Assembly: GCA_951406725.2 (NCBI GenBank)
Contig: OX597830.1
Coordinates: 34,658,001 to 34,722,000, forward strand
Length of the DNA stretch: 64,000 nucleotides
Origin: Octopus vulgaris
Taxonomy: Eukaryota
Reading direction: 5' to 3'
Shown: positions 27,903-41,094 of the stretch, piece after piece
Layout of the letters: every line of letters starts with the position of its first letter
How positions within the stretch are numbered: position 1 is the stretch's first letter
Notes under the pieces: model-generated
Told to the model about the DNA's origin: nothing
Database searches by the model: none
Seen by the model: the letters and a program-made list of their open reading frames with translations, nothing else
Program-made: the position numbers and the translations under genes

Positions 27903-27970
<68 letters not shown>

Positions 27971-28180
27971 GGTCACTGTCTGGAATCGAACTCGAGATCT
28001 TGGAGTTAGTAGCCCAAGCTCTTAACCACGACGCCATATGCCCGTGGGCATAATAGCCTAGTGGCTACTAACCCCAAGATCCCGAGTTCGATTACAGGCA
28101 GTGACGTAAATAATAATAATGATAACAACAACATAGATAATTACCTTAGGAAGGAGAACCCAGGTACGAAATTTCCCCAA

Positions 28181-28226
28181 GACACCTGATGAAGACTGGA
28201 GAGTACATCAGCCGAAACGTTGTGTT
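28181..28226 (+). ncRNA. Minimal type I hammerhead motif, right arm
   Basis: GACAC-CTGATGA-A-GACTG..CAGCC-GAAA-CG-TT-GTGTT; palindromic AACGTT stem III. Confidence 0.7.
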
Positions 28227-29019
28227 AACAACAAACAAGATGAGGACAAATAACCTTCAAATGCAAATAATGTAAATAAGGTACATAATTCCCCATCTCT
28301 TAAATATAGAACTGTAATGTATACATTACTCTAATGTTTTAAATATCTGAGAGTTTTTTTGCTTGTTTGTCTTTTAGCCTTTGTTCAACCGTGGTTGAGT
28401 AAGATTACAATGTTAAATATCCTAGTCTTCAGTTTTTGGGTATCGAAGATTCTATCAGTGAATGCGTCCCTTCTTCTTTATGATTAAAGGTTTCTATAGG
28501 AAGATAGATTTAGCTGCTATTTCTAGTAAGCTACTCGACTGCATAGAGTTACGTACATCAGCAAAATGTACTTTATTATTGTTGTTGTAGTTATCTAGTT
28601 CTGGGTCAAACTGGATTGAGCAAATCTATGATAAAAGCATCCCATCTATTTGTATTTCTATATTTTGTAGTTTCTAGAGAATTTCTCAGACTAAATTAAC
28701 GTGGTGATGGTTTAATCTGAGAGTGATTTGGCGGATTTTTTTAACAGGTCGAGCTAGAGTAGAAGAACCTTAATTGTATTAAGAGTTGCTTTGTTTAGCA
28801 CTGGTCGGGCCTTAATTCAGCAACATTTTAATCAAGAGAATTCTCAGGAGCACATAACTAAATGTGTTCTGTCTGAAGGTATGATTAAGTTTGATGGAGA
28901 TTTGGCTGCGCTTTCTAGCTGGAAAGGACACTGCATAGAGAACCGTAGTTGCTATTTTTGTTTAACTACTTGACTCAGTGTCTCTATGTGCATTCCAAAT
29001 ATGACTACCCCGTCTTTGT

Positions 29020-30595
29020 AGTACATTGGACAAAATGCTTTGTGGAATTTTCTCTCTCGTTACATTCTGAGTTCAAATTCCGCCGAGGTCTACTTTACCC
29101 TTCATTTTTGCGGGGGTCGATAAAATAAGTTCCAGCTGCACACTAGGGTCAATGTAATCGACCTAGCCCCTCTCCCGACATTGTACCAAAATTTGAAACT
29201 TATGTCTAAGGCGTCGAGCTGGCAGAATCGTTAGCACGCCGGGCAAAATGCTTAGAGGCATTTCGTCCGTCTTTACGCTCGGTGTTCAAATTCCACCGGT
29301 GTCAACTTTACCCTTGATCCTTTAGAGAATGATAAAATTAGTACAAGTTCAGCGCTGGGTCGATGAATCAAATTCACTCCAAACTCCGAAATTGCTGGCG
29401 TTATGTTAAAATTTTAAACTCATATTCTTTTCTGCAAAAGGCCCGAAATTTTTGGGGAGGGGGACCAGTCGATTAGATCAACCCAAGTAGGCAACTGGTA
29501 CTTAATTTATCGACCCCGAAAGGAAAAACGGCAAATTCGACCTCGGCGGAATTTGAACTCAAAACATAACGGCAGACGAAATAAAAACGAGGTGTACAGT
29601 GAGGAAATAAAGATACACACCGTAGTACTAGGTATCCACTACAAGGCAAGAACGTATTTAATATTTTTTATTTTGTAAGGCGGCGAGCTGGCAGAAACGT
29701 TAGCACGCTGGACGAAATGCTTAGCAGCATTTCGTCTATCTTTACGTTCTGAGTTCAAATTCGCCAAGGTCGATATTACCTTTCATCCTTTCGGGATCGA
29801 TGAATTAAGTATCAGTCGAGCACTGGGGTCGATCTAATCGACTGACCCCCTCCCCAAAATTTTCGGGCCCCGTGCCTAGAGTAGAAAACAATATTTTTAT
29901 ATTGTGAGGCAGCGAGCTGGCAGAAAAGTTAGCGTACCGGGTGAAATGGTTAGCGGTATTTTATCTGTTTTTAAGTTCTGAGTTCAAATTCCGTCGAGGT
30001 CGAATTTGCCTTTCATCCTTTCGGGGTCGATAAATTAAGTATCAGTTACACACTGTGGTCGATATGATTGACTTAATCCCTTTGTCTGTCCTTGTTTGTC
30101 CCCTCTATATTTAGCCCCACTGTGGACAATAAAAAATAAATATTTTTATTTTCTAAGGCGGCGAACTGGCAGAAACGTTATCACGGTCGGTGAAATGCTT
30201 AGTGGCATTTCGTCTGTCTTTACGTTTTGAGTTCAAATTCTGCTGAGGTCGACTTTGCCTTACATCATTTCGAGGTCGATAAATTAAGTACCAGTTGCGT
30301 ATTGTGGTCGATCTAATCGACTGGCCCCTTCCCCAAAATTTTGGGCCTTGTGCCTCGAGTAGAAAAGATAAAAGAAATTGAAACCGATATTATTTACGGT
30401 AAGGCGGTGAGCTTAGCAGTATTTCTTCTGACTTAACGTTCTGAATTCTAATGCTACCGGGGTCAGCTTGGACAATTATTCCTTCAAGATCATTAAAGGA
30501 CCAGCTGACCACAGAGGTTGATGTAATCGACAAGCCCCTTCCCTCAAAATTGTAGGTTTTTGTGTCTATGGAAGAAAGGATATTATTTACGCTAA
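29020..30595. mobile_element. Cluster of about seven Nin/Deu-like SINE copies, mostly head-to-tail (+), one (-) at about 29430-29580
   Basis: Heads aaggcggcgagctggcagaa at about 29208, 29677, 29907, 30155, 30401. Confidence 0.85.
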
Positions 30596-31201
30596 GCCAG
30601 TCAGTAATTGAAACCGCTCTGCATGTTCGATTTTACGGGAATTTAATTCTTCTCCTGCTGCGTTAATTACAATATCGTTATTATTTATATAGTTATCTTT
30701 GAAATTTGCAAAAGATGGATGTCGTGTAAGAAATTTTAGAATGCATTAAAATCTGACATGTAATTAATTCAAATGTAGACACTTATACATCAGGGATTAA
30801 GTAAGACACGTTTAATTAAACGTCTTTAATTATTTTCATAATAGATGGATATATAACGACTTATTATCTCAAGAGAATATTTATATCTTTTTTCGCCATC
30901 TTGCTCTCTTTCTCGTTTCACAAAAACACACAACTACAAAATTCAAAAAACATAACGGAGAAAATAAAGAGGAGGTATTTTTGTGATAGAAAATAACCAA
31001 TAATAATTTGGCAATGTAAAAGGCAAATTTTTATAAAAGACAGTAAACATTTGAACGATTTGTCTACACAGTATTATTGCCATGATAGATAATTTAAATA
31101 CTGCAAGGAACTGAACTCAAACATTGGGGGTACAGGATTTAGTGGTATAAAGTGTTGTGTTTAGTTACATGTTAACAAACGAAAACTGAAGTACGCATTT
31201 C

Positions 31202-31281
<80 letters not shown>

Positions 31282-31637
31282 CATGTACATATATAAAAAT
31301 ACCAGCTACAAATAGTTTCATGCTTTGGAGACACGTGTCAAGACAAGTTTTTATAACAAGCCTTGTGTCTCCAAGCAATCTGATAAGTTCAATACAATAT
31401 AAGTCCCTGGGTCAATTTACTCGTATTGACTTCTTATGGTTCTCCATGATTTTCAGATTAACAGCATTTAAGCTAGACAACTTCAAGAATAGAAACAGGT
31501 ACACAATTAGCCTGACTGACGACGGCTATTATTAAAATGTAGCATTGGTAATAAAATGCTGAAATTTGGAGAAAGTTTGTAACATCGAGAGACCCGCATA
31601 TACTTACGTCCCCTCACATACACGCATATATATATAT

Positions 31638-31811
31638 TACAGTTCTATATTTAAGAAATGAGAAATTATGTACATTATTTACATTTGACGGATATTTGTC
31701 CTCATCTTGTTTGTTGTTAACACAGCGTTCCCACTGATATACCCTCCAGCCTTCATCAGGTGTTATGGGGAAATTTCGAACCTGGGTTCTCATTCCTAAG
31801 GTACTTTTCGG

Positions 31812-31851
<40 letters not shown>

Positions 31852-32067
31852 ATATCTGCCTGGAATCGAACTCGGAATCTTGGAGTTAGCAAGCCAACGC
31901 TCTTAACGACTACGCCATATGCCCGTGGGCAGTTATGGAGTGAATTTTAGGAAGGATAGGAAAATATTAGATTTATAAGCCCTAAAATTCACTCCATGAG
32001 CACATTGCGTAGTAGTTAAGAACGTTGGCTACTAACCCCAGATTCCGAGTTCGATTCTAGACAGTGA

Positions 32068-32104
<37 letters not shown>

Positions 32105-32105
32105 T
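31638..32105. mobile_element. Second palindromic tRNA-head/hammerhead element, right arm truncated
   Basis: Same left arm starting tacagttctatatttaag; inverted tRNA-like heads (about 31850-31924 minus, 31998-32071 plus); central perfect 17-bp IR atggagtgaattttagg/cctaaaattcactccat. Confidence 0.8.
31719..31764 (-). ncRNA. Degenerate hammerhead motif
   Basis: AACAC-CTGATGA-AGGCTG...CAGTGG-GAA-CGCT-GTGTT; GAAA box damaged. Confidence 0.45.
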
Positions 32106-32711
32106 TTCATCGTTCTCAACACAATCAAGTAGACCTTGTACAACTGAAACCCAAGTGTGTTTTTGGTCAGTGGAAAGCAGTTTTGGCACAAACTGTGCAG
32201 ACACGCTTCTCATGCCCAAATCTTCAGTGATAATGGACTGAACTAAACAATAACTAATCTGCACATCCTTTAATTGCTCACGGACGGTGATTCAAAGATT
32301 TGCCCTCGTAGCTGCACGCACATCTGCGATGTTTTTCTCAGTTCAGCTAGTTGCGGGTCTCCCAGAACGTTCATCAATAATCGACATTTTTTCGACTGTC
32401 TTGGAAACGTCTGAACCACTCGTACACCTGTGTGCGGCTTATACACTCCTCTCCATACACTTTCTGCCACTTTGCGCAGGACTGAGCAGGTATTGCCATG
32501 ACAACTAATTCTGTCATGGTGACTGCAACGATCACACGTTGCACACCTTTTTTCCAAGCACTGCTGTAAACAGCAGAATTGTGCTAGAACGTTGAAGCTT
32601 AGTGCACATGCGCAGCAGAGTTCAAGGTCAACCTTTGCCTGGCAGCTTCACTCTGCACGCTTTAGCTTCGTTACTATGGCAACAGTCCAGATACTTATTG
32701 ATCAGACCTCG
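32106..32711 (-). mobile_element. Mariner transposon 5' part with transposase N-terminal HTH remnant
   Basis: KVYGEECISRTQVYEWFRRFQ..RSGRP..TEDLGMRSVSAQFVPKLLSTDQK; terminus CGAGGTCTGATCAATAAGTATC. Confidence 0.9.
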
Positions 32712-32803
32712 CGTGTATATATATATATATATATACATATAAAATAGAATGTCTTTTGGTAATACGTACCCATATATAATTTATATATGTATACGACTAA
32801 AAA

Positions 32804-32945
32804 TATAAGCCTTCACCGCATATTGACTACAGATATTACTCTAATATTAGGACATATAAAACTTAGAAACGGAACAAAAACAGTCAGGCTTATATAAACT
32901 AATATTAGATTCTTTTCTATTATCAATGCACGGTGAAGGCTTGTA
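32804..32945. repeat. Short inverted repeat, MITE-like hairpin
   Basis: tataagccttcaccgcatattga vs tcaatgcacggtgaaggcttgta; inner tctaatattag/ctaatattaga. Confidence 0.6.
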
Positions 32946-33193
32946 ATTCTATTTACAAGATTTCAATCGCCATCGTTTCGTAATTGATGCATAATTCGTA
33001 CATGTTTGCTTATATATGAATATATATTTATGTATCCTCATAACGTACACACCTAGCGCGCCCACACACATTTGAGTAAAGTGAGGCAAAGAGAAATGAA
33101 GTGCCTTTGTCTTCGAATCATTAGGTGGTCTTCGAAGACCACCTGATCTTCGAATCATCAGCCAGTCTCGATAACCACTAAACCACGTGCTAT

Positions 33194-33226
<33 letters not shown>

Positions 33227-33894
33227 ACACAATATATTTTATATCTATACGTAATATATATATATATATAGCATACACATATACATTATCTGTGTGTATG
33301 TGGGGGAGAGTTATATCTACATACACATTTTATATTCATTATAAATATTATGTACATATATGTATATAAAGTTATAAATAGTTTGTGTGTGTGTGTGTGT
33401 ATGTATACTTATTTATATTCATTCATTCTACATACATACGTATCTTCGTCTTTATCCGTTTACAAGAAATACGTTTTTATTGACGTGCAATAATTCCTTA
33501 AAATTCTTCAAGTCAGAATTCATTGCGACTTTTGGCTCGACCACTCGGAAGGTACCAGTAAAAAATGCATAAAACCTCGAGTACGTTTGCCGACAGTAAT
33601 ATAAATTGAAAGGTATTGACAAGCATGCAACCGCAAAGGGAACCATTAGCAGTATACAGGTGGATGGAATTACTTTTTCGGATTGAGTTTAGGATCATCA
33701 AATTCTTCTTTATACACGGGTCACCTTTCTTTTCCCCTCTTTCTTTCTTTCCTTCTCCCCCTCGCTCTCTTTCTCTATGTGTGTGTGGGGGGAAGACAGG
33801 TGAAGAGAGAGTTAGATAAAATAGAATGATATGTTATCTTCAAATATTTATGTATATTTCGCTATGTGCGTATATTCAGAGTGATGTTTCAAGC

Positions 33895-33955
<61 letters not shown>

Positions 33956-34025
33956 TATATACACACACGTACGGATGTGAATTCTTTTTTATGTTTAAGT
34001 GTATAAATGTTATCTAAATGCACAC

Positions 34026-34065
<40 letters not shown>

Positions 34066-34666
34066 TCTGTAACATTATTCTTAAATGAAATCACGCAGAA
34101 CACACAAAAGCACACACGCATACATACACATTTCCACACACACAAGCATATTCGTTGCACATGGGTTATGCTAAATCAATACCATATATGTTATCGTTTT
34201 GATTTCATATCCCTTGTTTGAAATAAATACGTATATTAACAAGGAGCAATAGCTCCAATCATTTAGTAAATGATGCTGGGTTCTATGCCAGAGAGACATC
34301 AATATTTGTCATTGAATACACAAGGGTGGATGACAACTGGAAATCTGAAATGGATCCAAGCGTAATGTTTGGGGCAATGAATAATCAAGAATGATGAAGG
34401 AATAAAATAGATAATAGTATCAGGTATATTGAGAAAGTATATATACAGAAGAGGTATTGCAAGCAATACATTGAGACAATATATTGACAGCTTATATTTA
34501 GGGTCCCCATGATTGCAATGGTACTGGTCTTGTAAAAGACACACGCAAATACACATATGTGTATGCATGCATGTATGTTTGTATGTCCATGAGTATGTGG
34601 AGAGAGAGTAGGGGAGAGAATAAAAGATAAAGTCACACATGTATATATGCGTATGTAAGTATAATG

Positions 34667-34704
<38 letters not shown>

Positions 34705-34705
<1 letters not shown>

Positions 34706-35051
34706 GGGTATGTCGTAAAGAGCTTTTTTCTTAACCACATGGTTCCGGGTTCAATTCCACTGCGTGGCACCTTGGGTAAGTGTCTTCTGCTATAGCATCG
34801 AGCTGACCAAAGCCATGTGATTAGATTTGGCAGACGGAAACTGAAATAAGCCCGTCGTAACTAAACATATACACACATATATATGTATGTATTTATATAT
34901 CTATGTGTGTGTGTCTTTGTGTCTATGTTTGTCTTCACCAACATCGCTCGGAAACCTAAGCTGGTGTGTTTACGTCTTCGTAAAGTAGCGGTTCGACGAC
35001 AGAAAGCGATAGAATACTAGGCTTACATAGAATAAATTCTGGAGTCGATTT
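34705..35051 (+). mobile_element. SINE family A, diverged
   Basis: accacatggttccgggttcaattccactgcgtggcaccttggg. Confidence 0.8.
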
Positions 35052-36719
35052 AACATATTACGTAATATACAACAGTCTATAAGAATGGTATGACGAGATA
35101 TCCAAAGATATTGTAACAGTGTTACAAAGCTTCATATATTGTATCATATCATGTAAGATGGTGATAGCTGCAGCTAAGTTTAAATTCGTATTCTTCGGTT
35201 GTATGGGCCAAAATTTATGTGTAGGGTTAACAAATTTCAGATTAATTTAGAGCAAGGTTGAATGTAAATGTTTATGTATAATCTTAACGTGAATTCGAAT
35301 GTGTACACACTTATTCTTAAATTACTACGCATTAATTTACATTGACATGAACACCCGTTCGTTTATTATATACAGGCATTAATGTATCCCTACATTTTCT
35401 TATATCACTCTTTTTGCGTGCGTTCGTTGCCGTTTGAAGTTAAGACATGTCACAACGTAACTACTCTAAAGCTGGTTTATTCCTGATCACTTCTTGGTGC
35501 TAATACTATTATATTTATTCAAATGCGGCGAGCTGGCAGAAAAGTTAGCACGCCGGGCGAAATGCGTAGCCGTATTTCGTCTGCTGTTACGTTGTGAGTT
35601 CAAATGGGCTCTTTGGGATACGGCAGAACACCAACACTCTTCAGGTCTGCAACTGCAAATTTTATTTCCAAGAAAGGATACATACACAGAGAAAACAAAT
35701 AGACCGGTACAGGATTGATATAATTAAATTGAAACAAATAAACTAAGAACCTTGTATTTATTTCAGTCATTAGACTGTGGGTACCACGAGGAATTTTAGT
35801 GGAATGAACCGACTCAAGTACACACACACACACACACACTCGCACACATACATATATACATACACATACGATAGGCTTCTTTCAATTTCCGGATACCAAA
35901 TCCACTCACAATACTTTGGTCGGCCCCAGTCTAAAGTAGAAAAGACTAAAAAATTTCTGATTAAAAATAAGGCAGCAATAGCTAATAAAAAAAAGGTAGA
36001 ATTAAAAGTAAAGAACATTAGCTTGAAAAACATTAATATTTCGTAGTTGATTAATTCATCAATGAATAGATTATAGAAATCTATAATAGCAAGATGAGTT
36101 GAGTCTTTACCCAATATTTAGGTATGTAGTCTTTGTCCAATACTTGTGCTAAACAGCTGACATGCCGCAGTGCTAAAGGCTCTTAAAAAGCAAGTGATGG
36201 TAGTCAACCGAGAGACAGTTAAGTCTACCATCCAAGAAACTAGGGCATAAAAATCTGGAATCAAATACTAAAAGAGATTTTTAATCCGACATACTAACAA
36301 TTCTGCCAATCCTCCATCATGGACTGTTATCGTATTTAATCAACTCAGCAAGATGAAATCTTAAGTTGGATTTAGCTCAGAGCGCAGAGAATCGAAACAA
36401 TTACCTAGGAATAAGATTATCAATTCAGTTATATGACTTAAGTTTGCTCATTAGGAATAGCAGATAAGTTGGAAATGTCTACGTTTTTAGAATGTTATGG
36501 CTGTAAAATGACAAAAAGGTTGACCTTATTTAAAATTATTTCGTTTGCCTCCGAGGTACAAATATTGCAGGGTTTCCACCGCGGGAAGAATTGTTTAAAT
36601 TTGATTGTAAATTCGCTGTATAGCTTGAATGTAATACTAGATTTTCTAAATAATGTGTATTATTAAATGTTAAGAGATAAAATTGATTTGAAGAAAAGCT
36701 GGTATGCGGAGTTAGTAGA

Positions 36720-37877
36720 CTGCACATCTCATTGATACTGAGTGGTTAGTTTCCAAAAGGTAACAGGAAGGGGAAATAAAGCTATAATTATTAGGAGTGA
36801 TGACAGCAACACTAGAAACTTAAAGCATATTTACGTTAAAGGAAACAATAGTTTGAGCAATGTTAGGCATAAGACAGTATTAGTAATAATACTATTGAAA
36901 ATTCTGTAATACATGTTTAGGTATGAGGGTGGTTTTATGTATGGCTACTTCTAACATACTTGGTGGATGGAATTAGCTGGCCCTTTTTCTGTTTCCACGA
37001 AAATTATTCCCCTTGTTGGTTCTATATAAGCAGTTTTCTCCATAAAAACTGTTCTATATAAGGAATGATTATAATATTTCACAACAAATTACAAATATGC
37101 TTATATACAGAAATGTTTGATTATCTAAGGGAATAATTTTAACTAAAGTGTTTGAAATATTCCAAGACTGGTTAGATTGCTTATGTGCATAATTACGTGT
37201 TTGGTTAGGCTTGCAGATTAATTTGTATTAAAGTGGAGGCACATGGCCTAGTGGTTAGAGCAGCGGACTCGAGGTCGAGGGATCGCGGATCCGAATCTCA
37301 GACCGGGCGATGTGTGTGCTTATGAATGAAACACCTAAGCTCCACGCGGCTCCGACAGAAGGTAATGGCGAACTCCTGCTGACTCTTTCGCCACAGCTTC
37401 TCTCACTCTTTCCTCCTGCATCTTGCAGCTCACCTGCGACGGATCGGCGTCCCGTCCAGGTGGGGAACCTATACGCCATGAAAACCGGGAAACCGACCCT
37501 AATGAGCCAGGGATGGCTCGAGAAGGAACAAACAATTGGTATTAAAATTAAAGGGGTATATCTAAAATATTTGTAGTGTTATGTTTATTTTCTATAGTGA
37601 TAAGAAATCTATAAGTTTTTAAAGAAAATATGTATGTATTTGCTAAATTTGCCAACGATTTGTCACAATTCGTTAGTAGAGACCTAAATATGGAAATTTA
37701 TGTTGTATTAGAGAGTAAAAATAGATCTATCCGATCAACAAGATTTTATACTAACATCAATAGGATTATTTGCAGTTTTTCTACTTATAATATTCTCATT
37801 GACCTATATTTTATCCATTTCGGTATCAATATCATGGCGATAAATCTAGGAAAATCTAGGTCAATATTAAGTATTGA
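36720..37877 (-). pseudogene. Highly decayed Penelope-like RT remnant, interrupted by a SINE
   Basis: Minus strand ITIENKHNTTNILD and KPNQTRNYAHKQSN resemble PLE RT ITIExNxxxVNFLD / KPNxxPxYVHxxSNHP. Confidence 0.5.
37233..37533 (+). mobile_element. tRNA-derived SINE (OR2-like)
   Basis: Head shared with OR1-like copies, different 3' half; near-perfect 13-bp TSD aatt(t/g)gtattaaa. Confidence 0.85.
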
Positions 37878-38373
37878 CATTTTATTTTAAAATTGTGGAT
37901 TTGAACGATCAAGATTATCTAAATTATCATCTACTTTTCGAGTATATCAGAATCACATAACAGAAATAGGAAAACAATATCTGAACATTTCTAGAAAAAA
38001 TATTGCCAATCAAATTTAGAAGACATTTTTAAAATTCCTTTTACCGAAGAATATCGGATTTGTTTACGAGAAAATATTGTGGTGAGCTTTTTGCTTCGAG
38101 GGAAAAGATGAAAACCTTAGATTGAAATTTAAAATGAAATTATAGTAAATAAGTGACTCCAACAAATGGCCTTACAATATTATGAAGATAAGGTGGCGAG
38201 CTGGCAGAAACGTTAGCAAGCTGGGCGAAATACTTAGCAGTATTTCGTCTGTCTATGTTCTGAGTTCAAATTCCGCCGAGGCCGACTTTGCCTTTCATCC
38301 TTTCGGGGTCGATAAATTAAGTACCATTTGCGTACTGGGATACATCTAATCGGGTCATGTGCCTAGAGTAGAA

Positions 38374-38445
<72 letters not shown>

Positions 38446-39120
38446 GGCGTGTTGGCAGAAACGTTAGCACGCCGGACGAAATGCTTTGCAGTATTTCGTC
38501 TGTCATTACCTTCTGAATTCAAATTCCCTCTAGGTCGACTTTACCTTTCATCTTTCCGGGGTCAATGAATTAAGTACCAGTTACGTACTGGGGTCGATTT
38601 AATCGGCTGATCCCCTCCCCAAAATTTCGTGCCTTGAGTAGAAAAGAGTACATTATGAAGATGATTTTACCACTCTTGTAAAGTATATTGATTTCAAGTT
38701 TGTTACAAGACAAGCACTTTGGAGGACGAAATAAATCGATTGCATTCAACCCCCAGCACTCAATTGGTACTAAATTTTTCGAAACCCCGAAAGAATGAGT
38801 CGCAAATTGGATTTCGGTGGAATTTCAACTCAGAACGTAAAGACGGACGAAATGCCGCTAAGCATTTCGTACAGCATGCTAACGAATCTCCCAGCTTGCT
38901 ACCTTAATCGTGTATGATGATATATTAACGTATATCTTCTTAAATAAGTGTTGTGTCAGATAGGGAGTTATGGCCTTCTTTGTAGTTGATCAAATATTTA
39001 AAATAAATTTCAATACTTAATATTGACCTAGATTTTCCTAGATTTATCGCCATGATATTGATACCGAAATGGATAAAATATAGGTCAATGAGAATATTAT
39101 AAGTAGAAAAACTGCAAATA
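37767..39120. repeat. Perfect 111-bp inverted duplication (37767-37877 / 39010-39120)
   Basis: Arms read as exact reverse complements. Confidence 0.9.
38190..38905. mobile_element. Three Nin/Deu-like SINE copies (+,+,-) with (ATT)n
   Basis: Family head and core motifs. Confidence 0.8.
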
Positions 39121-39788
39121 GCAGGATAATTCTAAACTGAACGATGAAGAAAAATATTTCAGAAAACAATCTGCAATCGTGGAAACCTACATCGAACTTG
39201 GTAATAGAATTTTTTAAACTTTGATATATATATAAATAATCGGAGTTGAAGTTCAACAACCAAAAGGCTAATGTTAATAGTAATAATTCAAAAATGTCAT
39301 TGACTGAAGTAAATTGGACATAAGTATAATTACTAAATGTATTTTAAACAAAACTCACTGTGCTTAACCTCAAGGAATAATGACATCTGGATAAATCTAA
39401 TGCGAATTTGTTAAAAAAAAGAGGAGTTTAATGGATCTATTGCTAAATGACAAGTTTCAAAACGCTAGATTTTACGTGGAAAATCTGTACCATTACTAAT
39501 GCAGAAAGTTGCGTGTATTTCAGAAACAATATAAAGATATAATCTTTTCATTCTCATATTCAGAAACACCCTAGAGAATTGGTGTGGGTGGATTAACATG
39601 ATGAACCTTGTTAGGGCGAGTCTAATGTATGCAATCTAACAATCAATCACTTATACACACACATGAATACATATACATATATATGCGTGTGTGTGCATGT
39701 ATACACACACATATATGCCCAGACATATGTATATGTGCATTCGTAAATATATAAATGTATGCATTGGAGTGTGAGCAGCAAGATACGT

Positions 39789-39886
<98 letters not shown>

Positions 39887-40380
39887 CATTTATGTATATG
39901 AATATTTATTTATTTATTTAGGTATATATGTACGAACATATGTATATTTGTGTATGCGAGTATGTAATTTTTGACACATACACACACATATATACATACA
40001 TACTCGCTTTAGTGTGTCTGCCTATGTGTCCATATCTGTTTTCGCCTTAAGTGTAATGTTTTTGCCCTTGTTGATTTCGTTCCTGTTACTAGTGAGTGGA
40101 TTGCTAGGGAATGATTGATGAGGATCAGCAAGGTCATGACGGCAGAAGTGGTGATACGTAAGCGACTTTAAAACAAAAGAAGAGAGAGTAGAAGAAAAAG
40201 AAATTATAGATGTCATAGTCTTTTGGTGTATGTATTGAGAAAATATCTCTTTGTTTCTTTCATATCTGTTCTTATACATAGACTATGTTATAGACATTCA
40301 CATACGCACACGTTAACTGAGATAGATGGATAGATAGATAGATAGATAGATTGATAGATAGATAGATAGATAGATAGATA

Positions 40381-41094
40381 AGTTTCTTTATTGGCCACAC
40401 AGGGCTGGGGATGAAAAACAAAAGTGGCGTAGGTTTTCGATCAAAAGGGATCGTAAAAGGGAAAAAAGAAAGAAAGAAAAAAAAGAAAAAGAAACAAAAG
40501 AAAAGAAAAAAGAAAAAAGAAGAAAAAAGAGTAAAAAAGGGGAAGAGGAAAAAAACGATCAATAGGGATCGTGTATCACAGTGTCATGATTTACGGTGTA
40601 AAGGGGGAAGCAGATAAAGTTTATCCGTGGGAAGAAAATCCTACGAAAAAGACCACGGTAACCTCGGTCAATATTGTTATATGTTACCACATTTGTTTGC
40701 AAGTGGGTAACCCTCTGTTTTCAATTTCTGGATTCATAGGTTCATGCTCAAGGTGGCTTCGTCATTCATACGTGCCATCCTTGCTACATTCACCCATCTT
40801 TTTTTAAAACATTCGCTAGACAAAACTTGCCTCTCTACTCTCACTTTCTTTTTCAAGTGGTACTTGAAGAAGTTGATGAGAGATTGACCAGAGAGGAAAG
40901 TGTTTGTCTCCAATCCTTTCAGACGAGTCCACCAGATACATTCTTTCGCTATAGCCACAAGGATGATGAAAATAGCTCTTCCTTCCCGTTTGAAGGAAGG
41001 AGGCGTGACAATATTGACGATAGACTCAGCTGATAAACCGACTTGTCCCACACGTGACAGCAGTTGTTCGACATAAGCCCACAGGTCGGAAATT
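40381..41094 (-). mobile_element. Tx1/L1-like LINE 3' end with ORF2 C-terminus, inside (GATA)n (copy 4)
   Basis: Open frame ISDLWAYVEQLL...AKECIWWTRLKG...FKKRW...* (41094-40734) resembles the post-zinc-knuckle tail of L1/Tx1 ORF2 (W..IWxxR..F..RW); 3' UTR shared with copies 1-3. Confidence 0.75.

Larger units (their letters stand above)
27151..28316. mobile_element. Palindromic element: head-to-head tRNA-like heads, each followed by (AAT)n and a hammerhead motif
   Basis: Left arm 27151-27345 + 27901-28043 is the reverse complement of right arm 28046-28316; centre atgccc-gt-gggcat. Confidence 0.8.

Noticed and set aside
27970-28043. tRNA gene (ACT anticodon-like loop)
   Set aside because: No proper acceptor stem and embedded in a repeat; a tRNA-derived head, not a tRNA
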